Source: an uncultured Fidelibacterota bacterium (lineage in GTDB: Bacteria > Fidelibacterota > Marinisomatia > Marinisomatales > UBA1611). From it: a DNA stretch of 42,901 bases. The notes under the pieces were generated by a model. It was not told the origin of the DNA. It did not search any database and saw nothing but the letters and a program-made list of their open reading frames with translations. How positions within the stretch are numbered: the stretch's first letter is position 1; each line of letters begins with the position of its first letter. The stretch is taken from contig CAJWHW010000016.1 in NCBI GenBank assembly GCA_913040915.1, positions 1 through 42,901 on the forward strand, in the 5' to 3' direction. Made by a program: the position numbers and the translations under genes. This document shows positions 20,237-30,690 of this stretch, in pieces.

Positions 20237-20868
20237 TCGAATGTACCAATAATAGTGGTATTCCCTATAACTTTTTGCCCTAATTCTACGGATAAATTTA
20301 CATGAATTGGGAGTATTAAATCTGTCCTAGATCCAAAACGGATAAACCCTAGCCTTTCTCCCGCATCCATGGTCTCACCTTTTTTTGCATAACATAAAAT
20401 CCGCCTTGCAATCAAACCAGCAATTTGTTTGATTTTAATCATTCCAAATTTTGAATTAAGTAAAATTTCAGTTCGTTCATTCTCATCTGATGCTTTGTGA
20501 TCAAATGCTGCCAAAAATTTTCCTTTTTCATATTCTACTTTAGAGAATGTGCCATGGATAGGCATCCGATTTGCATGCACATTAAATATATTTAAAAAAA
20601 TTGAAACTAATTGTGATTCTCCTAGATCCTGATCTTGAATTTTTTCAATTTTTACAATTTTACCATCTGCTGGTGCTAAAACCAAATCATCTCCTTCAGG
20701 AATATTTCGAATCGGGTCTCTAAAAAAATTTAGGCAGAATACCAATAATATAATTAGAATCCAAGGGATTATCATGGGGATTTCCAATTCATTCGCCTGC
20801 CAAATCGCTAAAGCATTAAATACCATTAAAGGCAGTACAATTATCCGTCCTTCAGGTGCAAGCCTCAT
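20233..20868 (-). CDS. psd: Phosphatidylserine decarboxylase proenzyme (short type)
   Basis: FFRDP, APADG, SIFLNIFNVH, QIAGLIARRI, FGSR self-cleavage motif. Confidence 0.95.
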   Translation of the reverse strand: MRLAPEGRIIVLPLMVFNALAIWQANELEIPMIIPWILIILLVFCLNFFRDPIRNIPEGDDLVLAPADGKIVKIEKIQDQDLGESQLVSIFLNIFNVHANRMPIHGTFSKVEYEKGKFLAAFDHKASDENERTEILLNSKFGMIKIKQIAGLIARRILCYAKKGETMDAGERLGFIRFGSRTDLILPIHVNLSVELGQKVIGNTTIIGTFE

Positions 20869-21945
20869 CTATTTTCCCTTTCTAGATTTCCCCAATTTCA
20901 TTTTAATTATTTTATATTCTCCTTCACGATATATTTTTAGCAGAAGTTTATCTCCAGGCCGAAGGTCATATTCTGAAATAATGTTTCGAATTTGACTTGG
21001 ACGATTGACTGTTTGTTCATTTACTGTTAAAATAACATCTCCCACTTTTAGGCCTGCCCTATCGGCAACACTTCCTGTACTTACCTCAACAATAATAACA
21101 CCTTTGGTAAATGGTATATTCAAATAGCGGGAAAAACTTCGATTTACCGGTTGTACGACTAAGCCAGTAGAATAACCCCGGTCAACATGACCTGTTTCTC
21201 GTAGTTCTTTCGCAATTCGCTTTGCTGAATTAATTGGAATCGCAAATCCTATTCCGACTGATCCCTGAGCGAAATCTGAACCAGTAAAAATAAAAGTATT
21301 AATACCGATAACTTCACCCAAAGTATTTACCAAAGGCCCACCTGAGTTCCCGGGATTTATTGCAGCATCAGTCTGGATCATATCTTGAAAAACTTTTCCG
21401 CTCTTTTGCTTACCAAAATCCATATGAGTTGCTGAAATAATCCCCACACTAGCAGATGGTTTATTACTGATAGAAAAAAGCTGAAATGGATTTCCTAATG
21501 CAATCACCCATTCACCTATTATAAGGTCCTCAGAACTACCTAAATTTGCATAGGGAAAATTGTTTCCATTCAATTTTAATAATGCTAAATCTGAAGTTTC
21601 ATCAGTTCCAATTATTTCAGCTTCATATTCATCCCCACCAGCTAAAGTAACTGTCACTTTATCTGCATGCTCTATTACATGATGATTCGTCATTACAAAC
21701 CCGTCCGGGCTTATTACTACACCGCTGCCAGAACTTTTCATTGGATAAATTTCTCTGGGGTACATAAATCCGAAAAACGGATCAAAAGTAACGGAAGAAA
21801 TATGTTGTTCCACATTTATGCTAGCTACCGCTGGTCCAACTTTTTCAATTGCTCTAGTAATAGCACTTTGTCTAGATGCATCAATATCACCACCTGACAA
21901 GAGTCTTGAAAATAAAATTAATAAAATTGAAAGTATTCTAATCAT
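20869..21945 (-). CDS. HtrA/DegP-family serine protease with one PDZ domain
   Basis: Signal peptide, GSGV, TNHHV, DLALL, QTDAAINPGNSGGPL, C-terminal PDZ. Confidence 0.95.
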   Translation of the reverse strand: MIRILSILLILFSRLLSGGDIDASRQSAITRAIEKVGPAVASINVEQHISSVTFDPFFGFMYPREIYPMKSSGSGVVISPDGFVMTNHHVIEHADKVTVTLAGGDEYEAEIIGTDETSDLALLKLNGNNFPYANLGSSEDLIIGEWVIALGNPFQLFSISNKPSASVGIISATHMDFGKQKSGKVFQDMIQTDAAINPGNSGGPLVNTLGEVIGINTFIFTGSDFAQGSVGIGFAIPINSAKRIAKELRETGHVDRGYSTGLVVQPVNRSFSRYLNIPFTKGVIIVEVSTGSVADRAGLKVGDVILTVNEQTVNRPSQIRNIISEYDLRPGDKLLLKIYREGEYKIIKMKLGKSRKGK

Positions 21946-22672
21946 ATTCAACTTTCTCAAGGATTAATCCTTTCGCTGGTGCTTTCAAAATTTGAACATT
22001 TTTTTGTGGATTTTTTAATAAAGCTAAAAAATCCTTTTCCAAGAAGCGTTCTTCTACTACTGCAACCATCGTTCCTACGAGATAACGAACCATATGATGT
22101 AGAAAACGATTACCTACAATACTAAAAATTAGCATTTTTCCATCTGACATCCATTCAGATTTATTAATGATGCAATTAGTGTGCTTTATATTTGCTCCAT
22201 GTTTACTAAATGAAAGAAAATCATGATTTCCAATAATTTTATACGCCAATTTATTTAAACGTCTAATATCCAAATAAGGTACTATCCATGTTTGATTTTC
22301 ATATAAAATTGATTCACCAGTATAGCATTGATATCGATAATGTCGCATTTTTGCATCAAATCTAGCATGGAAATTTTTATGTACTTTTTCTATATCTCCC
22401 AAGCGACAATCAGGTGGTAAATTACCATTAATGGCATTTTTTAGTTCATTTTCGCACAAATTTGTATCTAAATCTACATGGGCAGTTTGTCTAAAAGCAT
22501 GCACACCTGTATCCGTTCTACCAGCACCATGAATAGGAATTCTTACTTTTGACCTGGAAATTTTCTGAAGAGCTTTTTCAATTTCTCCTTGGATTGTTCT
22601 TTCTTTCGCTTGAAGTTGCCACCCAAAGAAAGCTGATCCATCATACTGAAGAATTAATTTATATCTTGACAA
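21938..22672 (-). CDS. truA: tRNA pseudouridine(38-40) synthase (probable TTG start)
   Basis: YDGS..GWQ, AGRTDTGVHA, FHARF, FLHHMVR, APAKGL. Confidence 0.96.
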   Translation of the reverse strand: MSRYKLILQYDGSAFFGWQLQAKERTIQGEIEKALQKISRSKVRIPIHGAGRTDTGVHAFRQTAHVDLDTNLCENELKNAINGNLPPDCRLGDIEKVHKNFHARFDAKMRHYRYQCYTGESILYENQTWIVPYLDIRRLNKLAYKIIGNHDFLSFSKHGANIKHTNCIINKSEWMSDGKMLIFSIVGNRFLHHMVRYLVGTMVAVVEERFLEKDFLALLKNPQKNVQILKAPAKGLILEKVEYD

Positions 22673-23378
22673 AGATATGCACCCCACACAATATACTAGT
22701 TCCCAAAATAAACCATAATAAATCTAAAATGGAAAAACCAATTAAAGGATAGATACTTCTTGGTACAGATCTTCCATAACCTCGCATAATCATTACTGAT
22801 GTAATTGTCTCAGCTTTTATCAAATTCAATACAATAAAATCTGGTATAAAATGTGCAATCCTTATCGCTTTTTTCATCATACTCTTGGGTGCTTCTGAAG
22901 AAATAGCCATTTGTGACCTCTCGCATTTACGCCACTCATCTTGAATTGTAGTGTAAAATCGAATTGTCATTTCAACAAAGAGCAAAAAATCATCAACCCA
23001 TCTCCATTTTATATTGATTTTATAACATAGACTTCGTACCGAATTAATTATATCATATGATCTTGCTTTTACTATATATATTGTCATCATACTTACCATA
23101 ATAATTAATCGGACGGTTGCAGAAGTTATATCAAATAAAATTTCATTAAGGGCCTTTTCGGAAAACAAAAATGAAATCAAAAAGAATATTGCCCCAGTTA
23201 TTGGAAAATATTTCCAATAAGGTGCAGATTTCTTTTTCCATTCATCCCAATGATGCCTTTCAATAAATAAAATAATTAAACCTGCAAGAATATGTAAAAA
23301 TAATAAAGTGATCTCTTTAGATAATAAGGTTGATATAGAAAATACTAAGTAAAGGCTGAGACGAATAAGAGGATTCAT
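22659..23378 (-). CDS. Energy-coupling factor transmembrane component T-like protein
   Basis: MNPLIRL start, 4-5 TMs, IRFY..IQDEW helix and MIMRGY resembling the second coupling-helix ARG motif; upstream of truA. Confidence 0.7.
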   Translation of the reverse strand: MNPLIRLSLYLVFSISTLLSKEITLLFLHILAGLIILFIERHHWDEWKKKSAPYWKYFPITGAIFFLISFLFSEKALNEILFDITSATVRLIIMVSMMTIYIVKARSYDIINSVRSLCYKINIKWRWVDDFLLFVEMTIRFYTTIQDEWRKCERSQMAISSEAPKSMMKKAIRIAHFIPDFIVLNLIKAETITSVMIMRGYGRSVPRSIYPLIGFSILDLLWFILGTSILCGVHIFVKI

Positions 23379-23379
23379 T

Positions 23380-23997
23380 CTAAAAATTAAATTCCAATCG
23401 CAAAGATAAATTTGGATCCTTATTATATCCAATAGTGGGGGTTAATGAAATCGAGTCAATATTCTCCAACCGTGTAAGATAAAGAGAATCTATTGCAGAA
23501 ATAATATGATTTAGTACAATACCACCAACAATAAATTTCCCAACAAGGGCAAATTGATCACTACTTATCCTCATATTTTCATATTCATCTCTATTTTGCC
23601 TGGAATCCCAAGACCAGTCCCATCCTTGCCTATCAAGGTAAAGTGCTTCAATTTCCCTGAATCGTAGATGTTCTTCATTGTGGCTCATCATATTCTGATA
23701 ATTACCAATGTCAACCCAGTATTCACGATTCTTTCCACGGGCATCTATACCTGCATGTTTGACGGCGAATGCTTTGAATTGCTTTTCTTTATGTGCAGAA
23801 TAGGTATATGCACTTATACAAGAGCTCCATAATACAACTTCAGTCATCAAAAAAAATCGTGAACGTTGGGTATATTTTTTTTCTGCTTCCCCCCACCCTG
23901 GCAATATTGCAGACTTTACTATTGGGTGAATGCTAGGATTATTTGCAAAAATATTACAAGCGCTGATCGTGAATACTAATATTGTCTTTTTAAACAT
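23380..23997 (-). CDS. Exported hypothetical protein (KSAILPGWGE motif, DUF5683-like)
   Basis: Signal peptide, SAILPGWG motif, C-terminal LRLEFNF; coupled to lnt. Confidence 0.6.
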   Translation of the reverse strand: MFKKTILVFTISACNIFANNPSIHPIVKSAILPGWGEAEKKYTQRSRFFLMTEVVLWSSCISAYTYSAHKEKQFKAFAVKHAGIDARGKNREYWVDIGNYQNMMSHNEEHLRFREIEALYLDRQGWDWSWDSRQNRDEYENMRISSDQFALVGKFIVGGIVLNHIISAIDSLYLTRLENIDSISLTPTIGYNKDPNLSLRLEFNF

Positions 23998-25472
23998 TTA
24001 AATGGTCCAATATATAGAAAAATTACGAAACAGATTAATGCAAAGACATCACCATATTCGCTATAAAAACTACCAGAAGAATTCAAAGGTACCGAGACCA
24101 TAAATACTGATGATTTTTCCAGTGACTGTTCATGCACTGATCTTCCATTGGCAAGAATCAAGCCAGAAATACCAGTATTTGCACAGCGAACAATTGGAAT
24201 ACGATTTTCAATAGCGCGGAGCCTTGCTATGTCATAATGCTGGTAGGGTCCAGCAGATTTCCCTAACCATCCATCATTGGTTTGAATTGTTATCATATCA
24301 GCACCATTTTCTACAAATTTACGTACAACATTTGGAATACTTGATTCATAACAGATTAAATTGGAAAATCTTACATTTTGCCACTCAAACATTGTATACT
24401 CTGTACCACGATTAAAGTTCCCCTGACCAAAATTTAATTTCTTAAGTAATGGAAATACTTCGGACATTGGAATATATTCTGCAAATGGAACTAAATGTAT
24501 TTTATCGTAAATAATGTAGTCATGATATGGTTTAAGGAACATGGCACTATTAAAATACTTTTTTCCCCTATCTGGTGATATTTTTAAATCGACTGTCCCT
24601 GTCAATACAGGAATACCAGATGTGTCTACTTTCTTCTGGATCATATTTCTTACTCTATGATTTAACCGTAAATAGGCTGGCAAAGCTGTTTCAGGGAAAA
24701 GAATCAAATCAGGGTCTAATTCAATGGCGATTGAATGCAGCGAATCCATATAGGCAATAGTTTCCTTTTTCTTATCATATTCCCACTTTGTATTCGGATC
24801 AATATTAGGCTGCAGTATTGCAATATTAATATTTTGGGAAGAATTATTGAACTGTTTCATTCTGTAATGTCCCGTTATCCATAATCCAAACATAAAAATA
24901 AAAGCAAAAATTGCGAGATATTTATTTAAATTAAATTCTCTTAATAGTATATAAAGTATAACATTATATAATAATATATATAAGGTTACGCCATAGGTTC
25001 CTGTAATTTCTATTATTTGTATTAATGGTAAGAAATCTAATTGGCTTAAAGCTAAGTTTCCCCATGGAAATCCCATTGGTCCAAAACTGCGTATCCATTC
25101 CATAGAAACAATCAAAAATGGGAAAAGTATCAATCTATTAGTTTGAGTTTTTACCTGCCCAAATACCCAGCCAGCAATTGCCCAAAAAAGGCCAAGATAT
25201 AGAACTGCTGCAATAAGAGATAAGAACACAACCCAAAAACTGGCTCCGGAATTAAAGCCAATCCAATAAAATGAAATGAAATTATGGGTAATACCAAAAA
25301 TGTAACCTAGACGAAAATTATCATCAGCATCTTGAAGAAATAAAATATGCAAAAGTGGAACAAAACCTATGAAGGCTAGAATACCTAGATGCCATGGTTG
25401 GTAGGCAATTCCTGTTATCAAGCCACTAATGATGGCTAGCTGCCAAGGTGGTTTATTAAAAAATGAGTTCAT
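23976..25472 (-). CDS. lnt: Apolipoprotein N-acyltransferase
   Basis: GFPW, QPNI, PETA, KIHLVPFAEY, ICYES, TNDGW, RAIENR. Confidence 0.96.
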   Translation of the reverse strand: MNSFFNKPPWQLAIISGLITGIAYQPWHLGILAFIGFVPLLHILFLQDADDNFRLGYIFGITHNFISFYWIGFNSGASFWVVFLSLIAAVLYLGLFWAIAGWVFGQVKTQTNRLILFPFLIVSMEWIRSFGPMGFPWGNLALSQLDFLPLIQIIEITGTYGVTLYILLYNVILYILLREFNLNKYLAIFAFIFMFGLWITGHYRMKQFNNSSQNINIAILQPNIDPNTKWEYDKKKETIAYMDSLHSIAIELDPDLILFPETALPAYLRLNHRVRNMIQKKVDTSGIPVLTGTVDLKISPDRGKKYFNSAMFLKPYHDYIIYDKIHLVPFAEYIPMSEVFPLLKKLNFGQGNFNRGTEYTMFEWQNVRFSNLICYESSIPNVVRKFVENGADMITIQTNDGWLGKSAGPYQHYDIARLRAIENRIPIVRCANTGISGLILANGRSVHEQSLEKSSVFMVSVPLNSSGSFYSEYGDVFALICFVIFLYIGPFKCLKRQY

Positions 25473-25873
25473 CTTTTTTGCTTATCTAAGAATTGCTGTA
25501 ACAAGATAGACGCCGCCCTTTTATCAATTATTGATTTATTATGCCCCGTTTTGAGGTTTTGTTCAATTAAAGATTTCTGGGCTGCGACTGATGTTAGTCG
25601 CTCATCCTCTAAATAAATTGGACAATTAAAAGATTCTAGTTTTTTAACATATTCTCGTACTTTAAGAGTTTGTATAGTATCTTGCCCTTTTAATCCTATT
25701 GGAAGACCTATCACGATTGATTCCACATCTTGTTCATCAATAATCGTGGCTAGACTATTCAAACTGTCTTTGTTTTGGATAGTTTTAAATGGTGAAGCAA
25801 TTATTTTTTCTAGATCGGATAATGCTAATCCGATTCGTCGATCACCGTAGTCGACTCCGAGGATACGGCCCAT
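25469..25873 (-). CDS. ruvX: YqgF/RuvX pre-16S rRNA nuclease
   Basis: GVDYGDRRIGLA, GLP, DERLTS, DKRAA..LLQ. Confidence 0.95.
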   Translation of the reverse strand: MGRILGVDYGDRRIGLALSDLEKIIASPFKTIQNKDSLNSLATIIDEQDVESIVIGLPIGLKGQDTIQTLKVREYVKKLESFNCPIYLEDERLTSVAAQKSLIEQNLKTGHNKSIIDKRAASILLQQFLDKQKR

Positions 25874-25876
25874 AAA

Positions 25877-26185
25877 CTAGATAGGTTTACGTAGGTGTTC
25901 TTTTAGGATTTTTCCTGGTTTGAATCTTGTTTTCTTATGAGCTGGGACATAGATCTCTTCATTAGTTTTTGGGTTCCTAGCTCTGGGTTTTGCCTTGGTG
26001 GGCTTAGATTCAAAAACACCGAAATTTCGAATTTCGATTCGAGTATAGGGATTATCTTCTATTAAAAAATCACGAATGATTTCAAAAAAATCATCCACCA
26101 ATTCTATAGATGTTCGTACGCTTTTTCCTTTTCTGACTGCGAATTCTTTTGCGATATCTTTTTTTGTATATGTTTTAGTTCCCAT
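25877..26185 (-). CDS. HU/IHF family DNA-binding protein
   Basis: IEIRNFGVF, ARNPKT, FKPGK. Confidence 0.93.
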   Translation of the reverse strand: MGTKTYTKKDIAKEFAVRKGKSVRTSIELVDDFFEIIRDFLIEDNPYTRIEIRNFGVFESKPTKAKPRARNPKTNEEIYVPAHKKTRFKPGKILKEHLRKPI

Positions 26186-28374
26186 TATCGCACTACTCTT
26201 TCCACATAATCAATTTTTTTAAGATTAGTTATTTTTCGTATGAGACGATTTAATTGTCTATTATTATTAATTTGGACAATAAAATGTGCTGTGGCAACAG
26301 ATTCAATTACTTTAATATCTACACTTGTAATATTCACATTCTGCTTTGAAATACATTCAGACATATCCTTTAACCAGCCTTTGTAATCTTGACCAACAAC
26401 TTTCAACCTTACATTGAAATTATCAGAAGATTTCACATTCCAATTTACTGGTATTAATCGATCAGATTCATGAGACAATAATGGCAAACTTTTACATGCA
26501 CTTTGATGAACAGTAACACCCCGCCCTCTTGTTACAAAACCAATTAATTCATCACCGGGGATTGGATTACAACATTTACCAAAATTAACCATCAAATTAT
26601 CAATTCCATCTAAAATGATTCCCTTAGTTTTTGAACGGGCAAAATCAAAAAATCGGTTAGATTCCTCTTCTTCATTCTTTTCTATCTCAACTTCTTCCAT
26701 GGGACGTAATTTTGCAAAAATATCTCTTACAGTAATAACACCGGACCCAAGAGCACTTAATAATGAATTGATATCTGAATAACCAAATCGGCTGAAACTT
26801 TCCTGAAATTCATCCTTGTCTTTCAACATTTTCATTCGTCTCAAGGTTTTTTCTAATAATTCCTCTCCCAGTTTAATACTTTCCTGATCACGAATCTTTT
26901 TTAAATACCGATTGACCTGATTTCGTGCCTTTGTGGTAACAATAAATTTTTGCCACCCGTAACTGGGCATTTGGTTTTTACTGGTAATAATTTCAACCAT
27001 ATCTCCATTTTTCAACTTTGTATTCAGGGGGACTACGGAATGATTTATTTTTGCCCCCATACAATGCATACCTACCTGTGTGTGTACCTGAAACGCAAAA
27101 TCTACAGGTGTTGAACCAATAGGTAATTGTATTAAATCACCAGCAGGAGTAAATACAAAAATTTCTTCATTGTAAAGATCAATTTTTAATAAATCCATAA
27201 ATTCTGCCGGGTCAGCTGATTCATCTTGCAATATTTCTAATAGTTCACGTAGCCATTTCACATTCTGATCAATTCCTAAAGAATCTCCATCCTTGTATAT
27301 CCAATGCGCTGCTACACCTATTTCCGCAGTTTCATCCATCTCCAATGTACGAATTTGAATTTCAACCAATTGTCCATTTGGACCAACAACAGTTGTGTGG
27401 ACAGACTGGTACCCATTAGATTTTGGAGTAGCAATAAAATCTTTAAATCGATCCTGTATAGGTGAATAGACACTATGTACGATCCCCAGAGCTAAATAAC
27501 ATTGTTCAATTTTTTCGACAATAATTCGAATTGCATAAAGATCATAAATTTCTTCAAAAGATTTATTTCTAGATATCATTTTTCCATGTATTGATGAATA
27601 GGATTTTGCTCTTCCATAAACAACCGGTATAATGTCATACGTTTTAAGTTCATTTTCTACAGGGTCAATAATTTCCTTGATGAATTTTTTCCGATGTTTT
27701 TTTGTAGATTTAATTTTTCCATCAAGTGTTTTAAATCCAGAAGGATCTAAAACACTAAATGCAAGATCTTCTAGTTGCGCTTTGACTGTCGACATACCTA
27801 GGCGGTGAGCCAAGGGGACATAAACATCACGGGTCTCTACAGCAATGCGATGTTGTTTAATTTTAGGCATGTGCTTTATAGTTTCCATATTATGAATTCG
27901 ATCAGCAAACTTGATAATAATAACCCTTAAATCCTTTGCTACAGATAGGAGCATTTTCATGAAATTCCCAGCTTGTTTTTCTTTCCGAGATGAGAACTTG
28001 ATCCCGCCAACTTTAGTAACACCATCAACGAGATTAGCCAAATCATCTCCAAATTCCTGACGAAGCATTTTAATAGTTGCATCTGTATCCTCAACTGTAT
28101 CATGCAATAAGCCGCCCATTACTGTAGTAATGTCCATTTTCCAAGAAGCTAAAGTTTGAGCTACAGCAATACAATGACTGAAGTAAGGTTTTCCGGAACG
28201 TCTCTTTTGTCCTTCATGATGCCGATTTCCAAAATCATATGCTTTCCAAAGAATGGATGTTAATTCATTCTTATTTTCACCATATCCATTAGAAATTGAT
28301 TCGACTAGTTTAATAAAAGGCTTTGGATATTCTCCGAATAATTGTGGGGCTAATCTTGAAAGTGGGTTATCCAT
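26185..28374 (-). CDS. rel: Bifunctional (p)ppGpp synthetase/hydrolase (long RSH)
   Basis: HD domain LLHDTVED, RFKD, YQSVHT, EIQIRT, TGS (DFAFQVHT), CCNPIPGD, ACT. Confidence 0.95.
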   Translation of the reverse strand: MDNPLSRLAPQLFGEYPKPFIKLVESISNGYGENKNELTSILWKAYDFGNRHHEGQKRRSGKPYFSHCIAVAQTLASWKMDITTVMGGLLHDTVEDTDATIKMLRQEFGDDLANLVDGVTKVGGIKFSSRKEKQAGNFMKMLLSVAKDLRVIIIKFADRIHNMETIKHMPKIKQHRIAVETRDVYVPLAHRLGMSTVKAQLEDLAFSVLDPSGFKTLDGKIKSTKKHRKKFIKEIIDPVENELKTYDIIPVVYGRAKSYSSIHGKMISRNKSFEEIYDLYAIRIIVEKIEQCYLALGIVHSVYSPIQDRFKDFIATPKSNGYQSVHTTVVGPNGQLVEIQIRTLEMDETAEIGVAAHWIYKDGDSLGIDQNVKWLRELLEILQDESADPAEFMDLLKIDLYNEEIFVFTPAGDLIQLPIGSTPVDFAFQVHTQVGMHCMGAKINHSVVPLNTKLKNGDMVEIITSKNQMPSYGWQKFIVTTKARNQVNRYLKKIRDQESIKLGEELLEKTLRRMKMLKDKDEFQESFSRFGYSDINSLLSALGSGVITVRDIFAKLRPMEEVEIEKNEEEESNRFFDFARSKTKGIILDGIDNLMVNFGKCCNPIPGDELIGFVTRGRGVTVHQSACKSLPLLSHESDRLIPVNWNVKSSDNFNVRLKVVGQDYKGWLKDMSECISKQNVNITSVDIKVIESVATAHFIVQINNNRQLNRLIRKITNLKKIDYVERVVR

Positions 28375-29720
28375 TAAAATGGTGTTTCAATCTGCGAAAG
28401 GTTTTCATAGCGTGCATACTTACTGATAAAAGACGCTTCAATGGCACCAGTAGGTCCATTCCGCTGCTTTGCAACAATGATTTTTGCCTTCCCCTCATCC
28501 TCATCTTCCTGACTGTAAACCCATGGACGATAAAGAAAAATCACCACGTCTGCATCCTGTTCAATTGCACCACTTTCACGTAAATCAGACAACTGAGGCT
28601 GTTTGTCAGCTCTTTGCTCCACCGCTCTAGATAACTGAGATAGGGCCACTACAGGTATATTTAATTCCTTTGCCAACGCTTTCAAGGACCTAGAGATAAC
28701 TGAAATCTCCTGTTGGCGACTTTCGATTCCTTTGGGGCCCTGCATTAATTGGAGATAGTCTACAACAACCATGCCAATATTTTTCTCCACTTTTAAACGC
28801 CTTGCCTTTGCTCTAAGCTCTAAAACAGTTAGAGCAGGCGTATCATCTAAGTATATTGGGGCTTCTGCTAAAGAGCCAACTGCAATACTTAAATTTTTCC
28901 AATGTGTGTTTGGCAAATTTCCTGTTCGGACAAAATGACTGTCAACTCGAGCTTCAGCGCATAGCAATCTCATTGCTAACTGGTGATTGGCCATCTCTAG
29001 ACTGAACATACCAACACCGATATTTCCTTCCAATGCTGCATTCCTTAACATGGATAATGCCAATGCTGTTTTCCCCATCCCTGGACGTCCTGCTACAATT
29101 ACCAAATCTCCGTCCTGAAATCCAGATGTAATATCATCCAGATCCAATAAACCAGATGGTACACCGATTACATTACCCGGTTGAGCATTTATATGCTCCA
29201 AGCGCTCAAAGGCTTCTACAAGGATTGGGTCAATATGAGTAAATCCACCCTTTAAGCGATTTTGTGTTATGCTGAAAATTGATTGCTCAACGGTATCTAG
29301 AATTTCTCCAACATCTTGGGTATCATCATATGCTTCTTTAGCAATATTATGGGATAGATTAATCAAATTCCTTAGCAGAGATTTTTCAAGAACAATCTTT
29401 GAATATCGTTCAACATGAGCTGCCGTTGGAACGGACTCTACAAGACCAGTAATGTAATAAGCACCACCAACTAATTCCAATTCTTTATTCTTCTTTAGTA
29501 AGTCTATCACCGAAACGGTATCGATTGGTTCTCCAGAATCAAATAGTTTTATCATGGATGAAAATATTTTACTATTACCATCTTTGTAAAAATTTTCAGG
29601 TGTTAACCACTGTAGAGTTTTACTCACAGCTTCCTTAGCAGAAAGCATTGATCCCAATACTGCTTCTTCTGCTTCAAGAGAATGTGGTTGGACATTTAGA
29701 ATTTGCTTATTATCATCCAT
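28374..29720 (-). CDS. dnaB: Replicative DNA helicase
   Basis: AGRPGMGKT, FSLEM, VDYLQLM, LSQLSR, DLRESGAIEQDAD, KQRNGPTG; no intein. Confidence 0.98.
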   Translation of the reverse strand: MDDNKQILNVQPHSLEAEEAVLGSMLSAKEAVSKTLQWLTPENFYKDGNSKIFSSMIKLFDSGEPIDTVSVIDLLKKNKELELVGGAYYITGLVESVPTAAHVERYSKIVLEKSLLRNLINLSHNIAKEAYDDTQDVGEILDTVEQSIFSITQNRLKGGFTHIDPILVEAFERLEHINAQPGNVIGVPSGLLDLDDITSGFQDGDLVIVAGRPGMGKTALALSMLRNAALEGNIGVGMFSLEMANHQLAMRLLCAEARVDSHFVRTGNLPNTHWKNLSIAVGSLAEAPIYLDDTPALTVLELRAKARRLKVEKNIGMVVVDYLQLMQGPKGIESRQQEISVISRSLKALAKELNIPVVALSQLSRAVEQRADKQPQLSDLRESGAIEQDADVVIFLYRPWVYSQEDEDEGKAKIIVAKQRNGPTGAIEASFISKYARYENLSQIETPF

Positions 29721-29726
29721 GTCTAG

Positions 29727-30410
29727 TTAAGCTGTTTGCAAGTAGGCTTGAACCCATTGAAAATCAACCCAAGCTGGTTTTTTAAAGTTTGAATTTCTAA
29801 GTAGAGCAGCAGGATGGTATGTAACCCTTAAGGGAGTGCCATTATAATCAAATGTTTTTTCTCTCATCTCTTTTAATGGTACATCTAATTTTAATAATGT
29901 TTTACCGGCTACTCGTCCTAAAGCAACGATCAATTTAGGTTGGATTAAACTTATTTGCTTCTTTAAAAATGGTTCACATTTTTCTACTTCTGAAGGTAAT
30001 GGGTCACGGTTATTAGGTGGGCGGCATTTTAAGACATTGGCAATATATACACCATCTCCCCTTTTTTTATTGATTGCTTTTAGAATATCATCTAAGAGTT
30101 TTCCCGCCCTGCCAATAAAAGGTTCACCTTTTAAGTCTTCCTGTTCACCTGGTGCTTCCCCAACAAGAAATAAATCTGCATTTGGATCACCAACTCCAAA
30201 AACAAAATTTGTTCTTGAAGACCCCAGTGAGCATTCTTGACAAACACAAATTTGTTTATTGTAATCCTTTAATTCTTGACTAATACCAACTAATTCTGTT
30301 TTTGATTCAGAATTCGTAGGAATTCCAGTATTCTGAGAAAGATACAATTCACTCCCAAACAATTGTTTTTGTTGCTCGAGATATCTATGCTTTAATGCTT
30401 TCGTTGCCAT
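29727..30410 (-). CDS. Uracil-DNA glycosylase, family 4 ([4Fe-4S])
   Basis: CxxC, GEAPG, PFIGRAG, NVLKCRPPNNR, TYHPAALL. Confidence 0.95.
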   Translation of the reverse strand: MATKALKHRYLEQQKQLFGSELYLSQNTGIPTNSESKTELVGISQELKDYNKQICVCQECSLGSSRTNFVFGVGDPNADLFLVGEAPGEQEDLKGEPFIGRAGKLLDDILKAINKKRGDGVYIANVLKCRPPNNRDPLPSEVEKCEPFLKKQISLIQPKLIVALGRVAGKTLLKLDVPLKEMREKTFDYNGTPLRVTYHPAALLRNSNFKKPAWVDFQWVQAYLQTA

Positions 30411-30414
30411 TCAC

Positions 30415-30690
30415 TTAATCTAGTTTTGTTTTTCTCCATGTAATATCGCCATCAAGAAATTTTTTAATGGCAACAGTGGTGGCTTTTTCCTTTTCTTCGT
30501 AGTTGTCAGGAGAAGTTTCTTCTACTTCATCAAAAACATCAATTTCATCATTTTGGTGCTCTTGAATTGTCCTGCTCAAAATACGTTCTTGTAATTCTGA
30601 TTTTGCTTGGCCTGACATGACAGCAACTGCTTCATACATATTTTCTGCATGTTCTTCCACTTCTCTAAATGGAATGGTTTTAAGACCCAT
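30415..30690 (-). CDS. rpoZ: RNA polymerase omega subunit (FCB-type)
   Basis: Follows gmk; ENMYEAV...A..E and C-terminal K.TTVAI..F..G.I.W pattern. Confidence 0.75.
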   Translation of the reverse strand: MGLKTIPFREVEEHAENMYEAVAVMSGQAKSELQERILSRTIQEHQNDEIDVFDEVEETSPDNYEEKEKATTVAIKKFLDGDITWRKTKLD

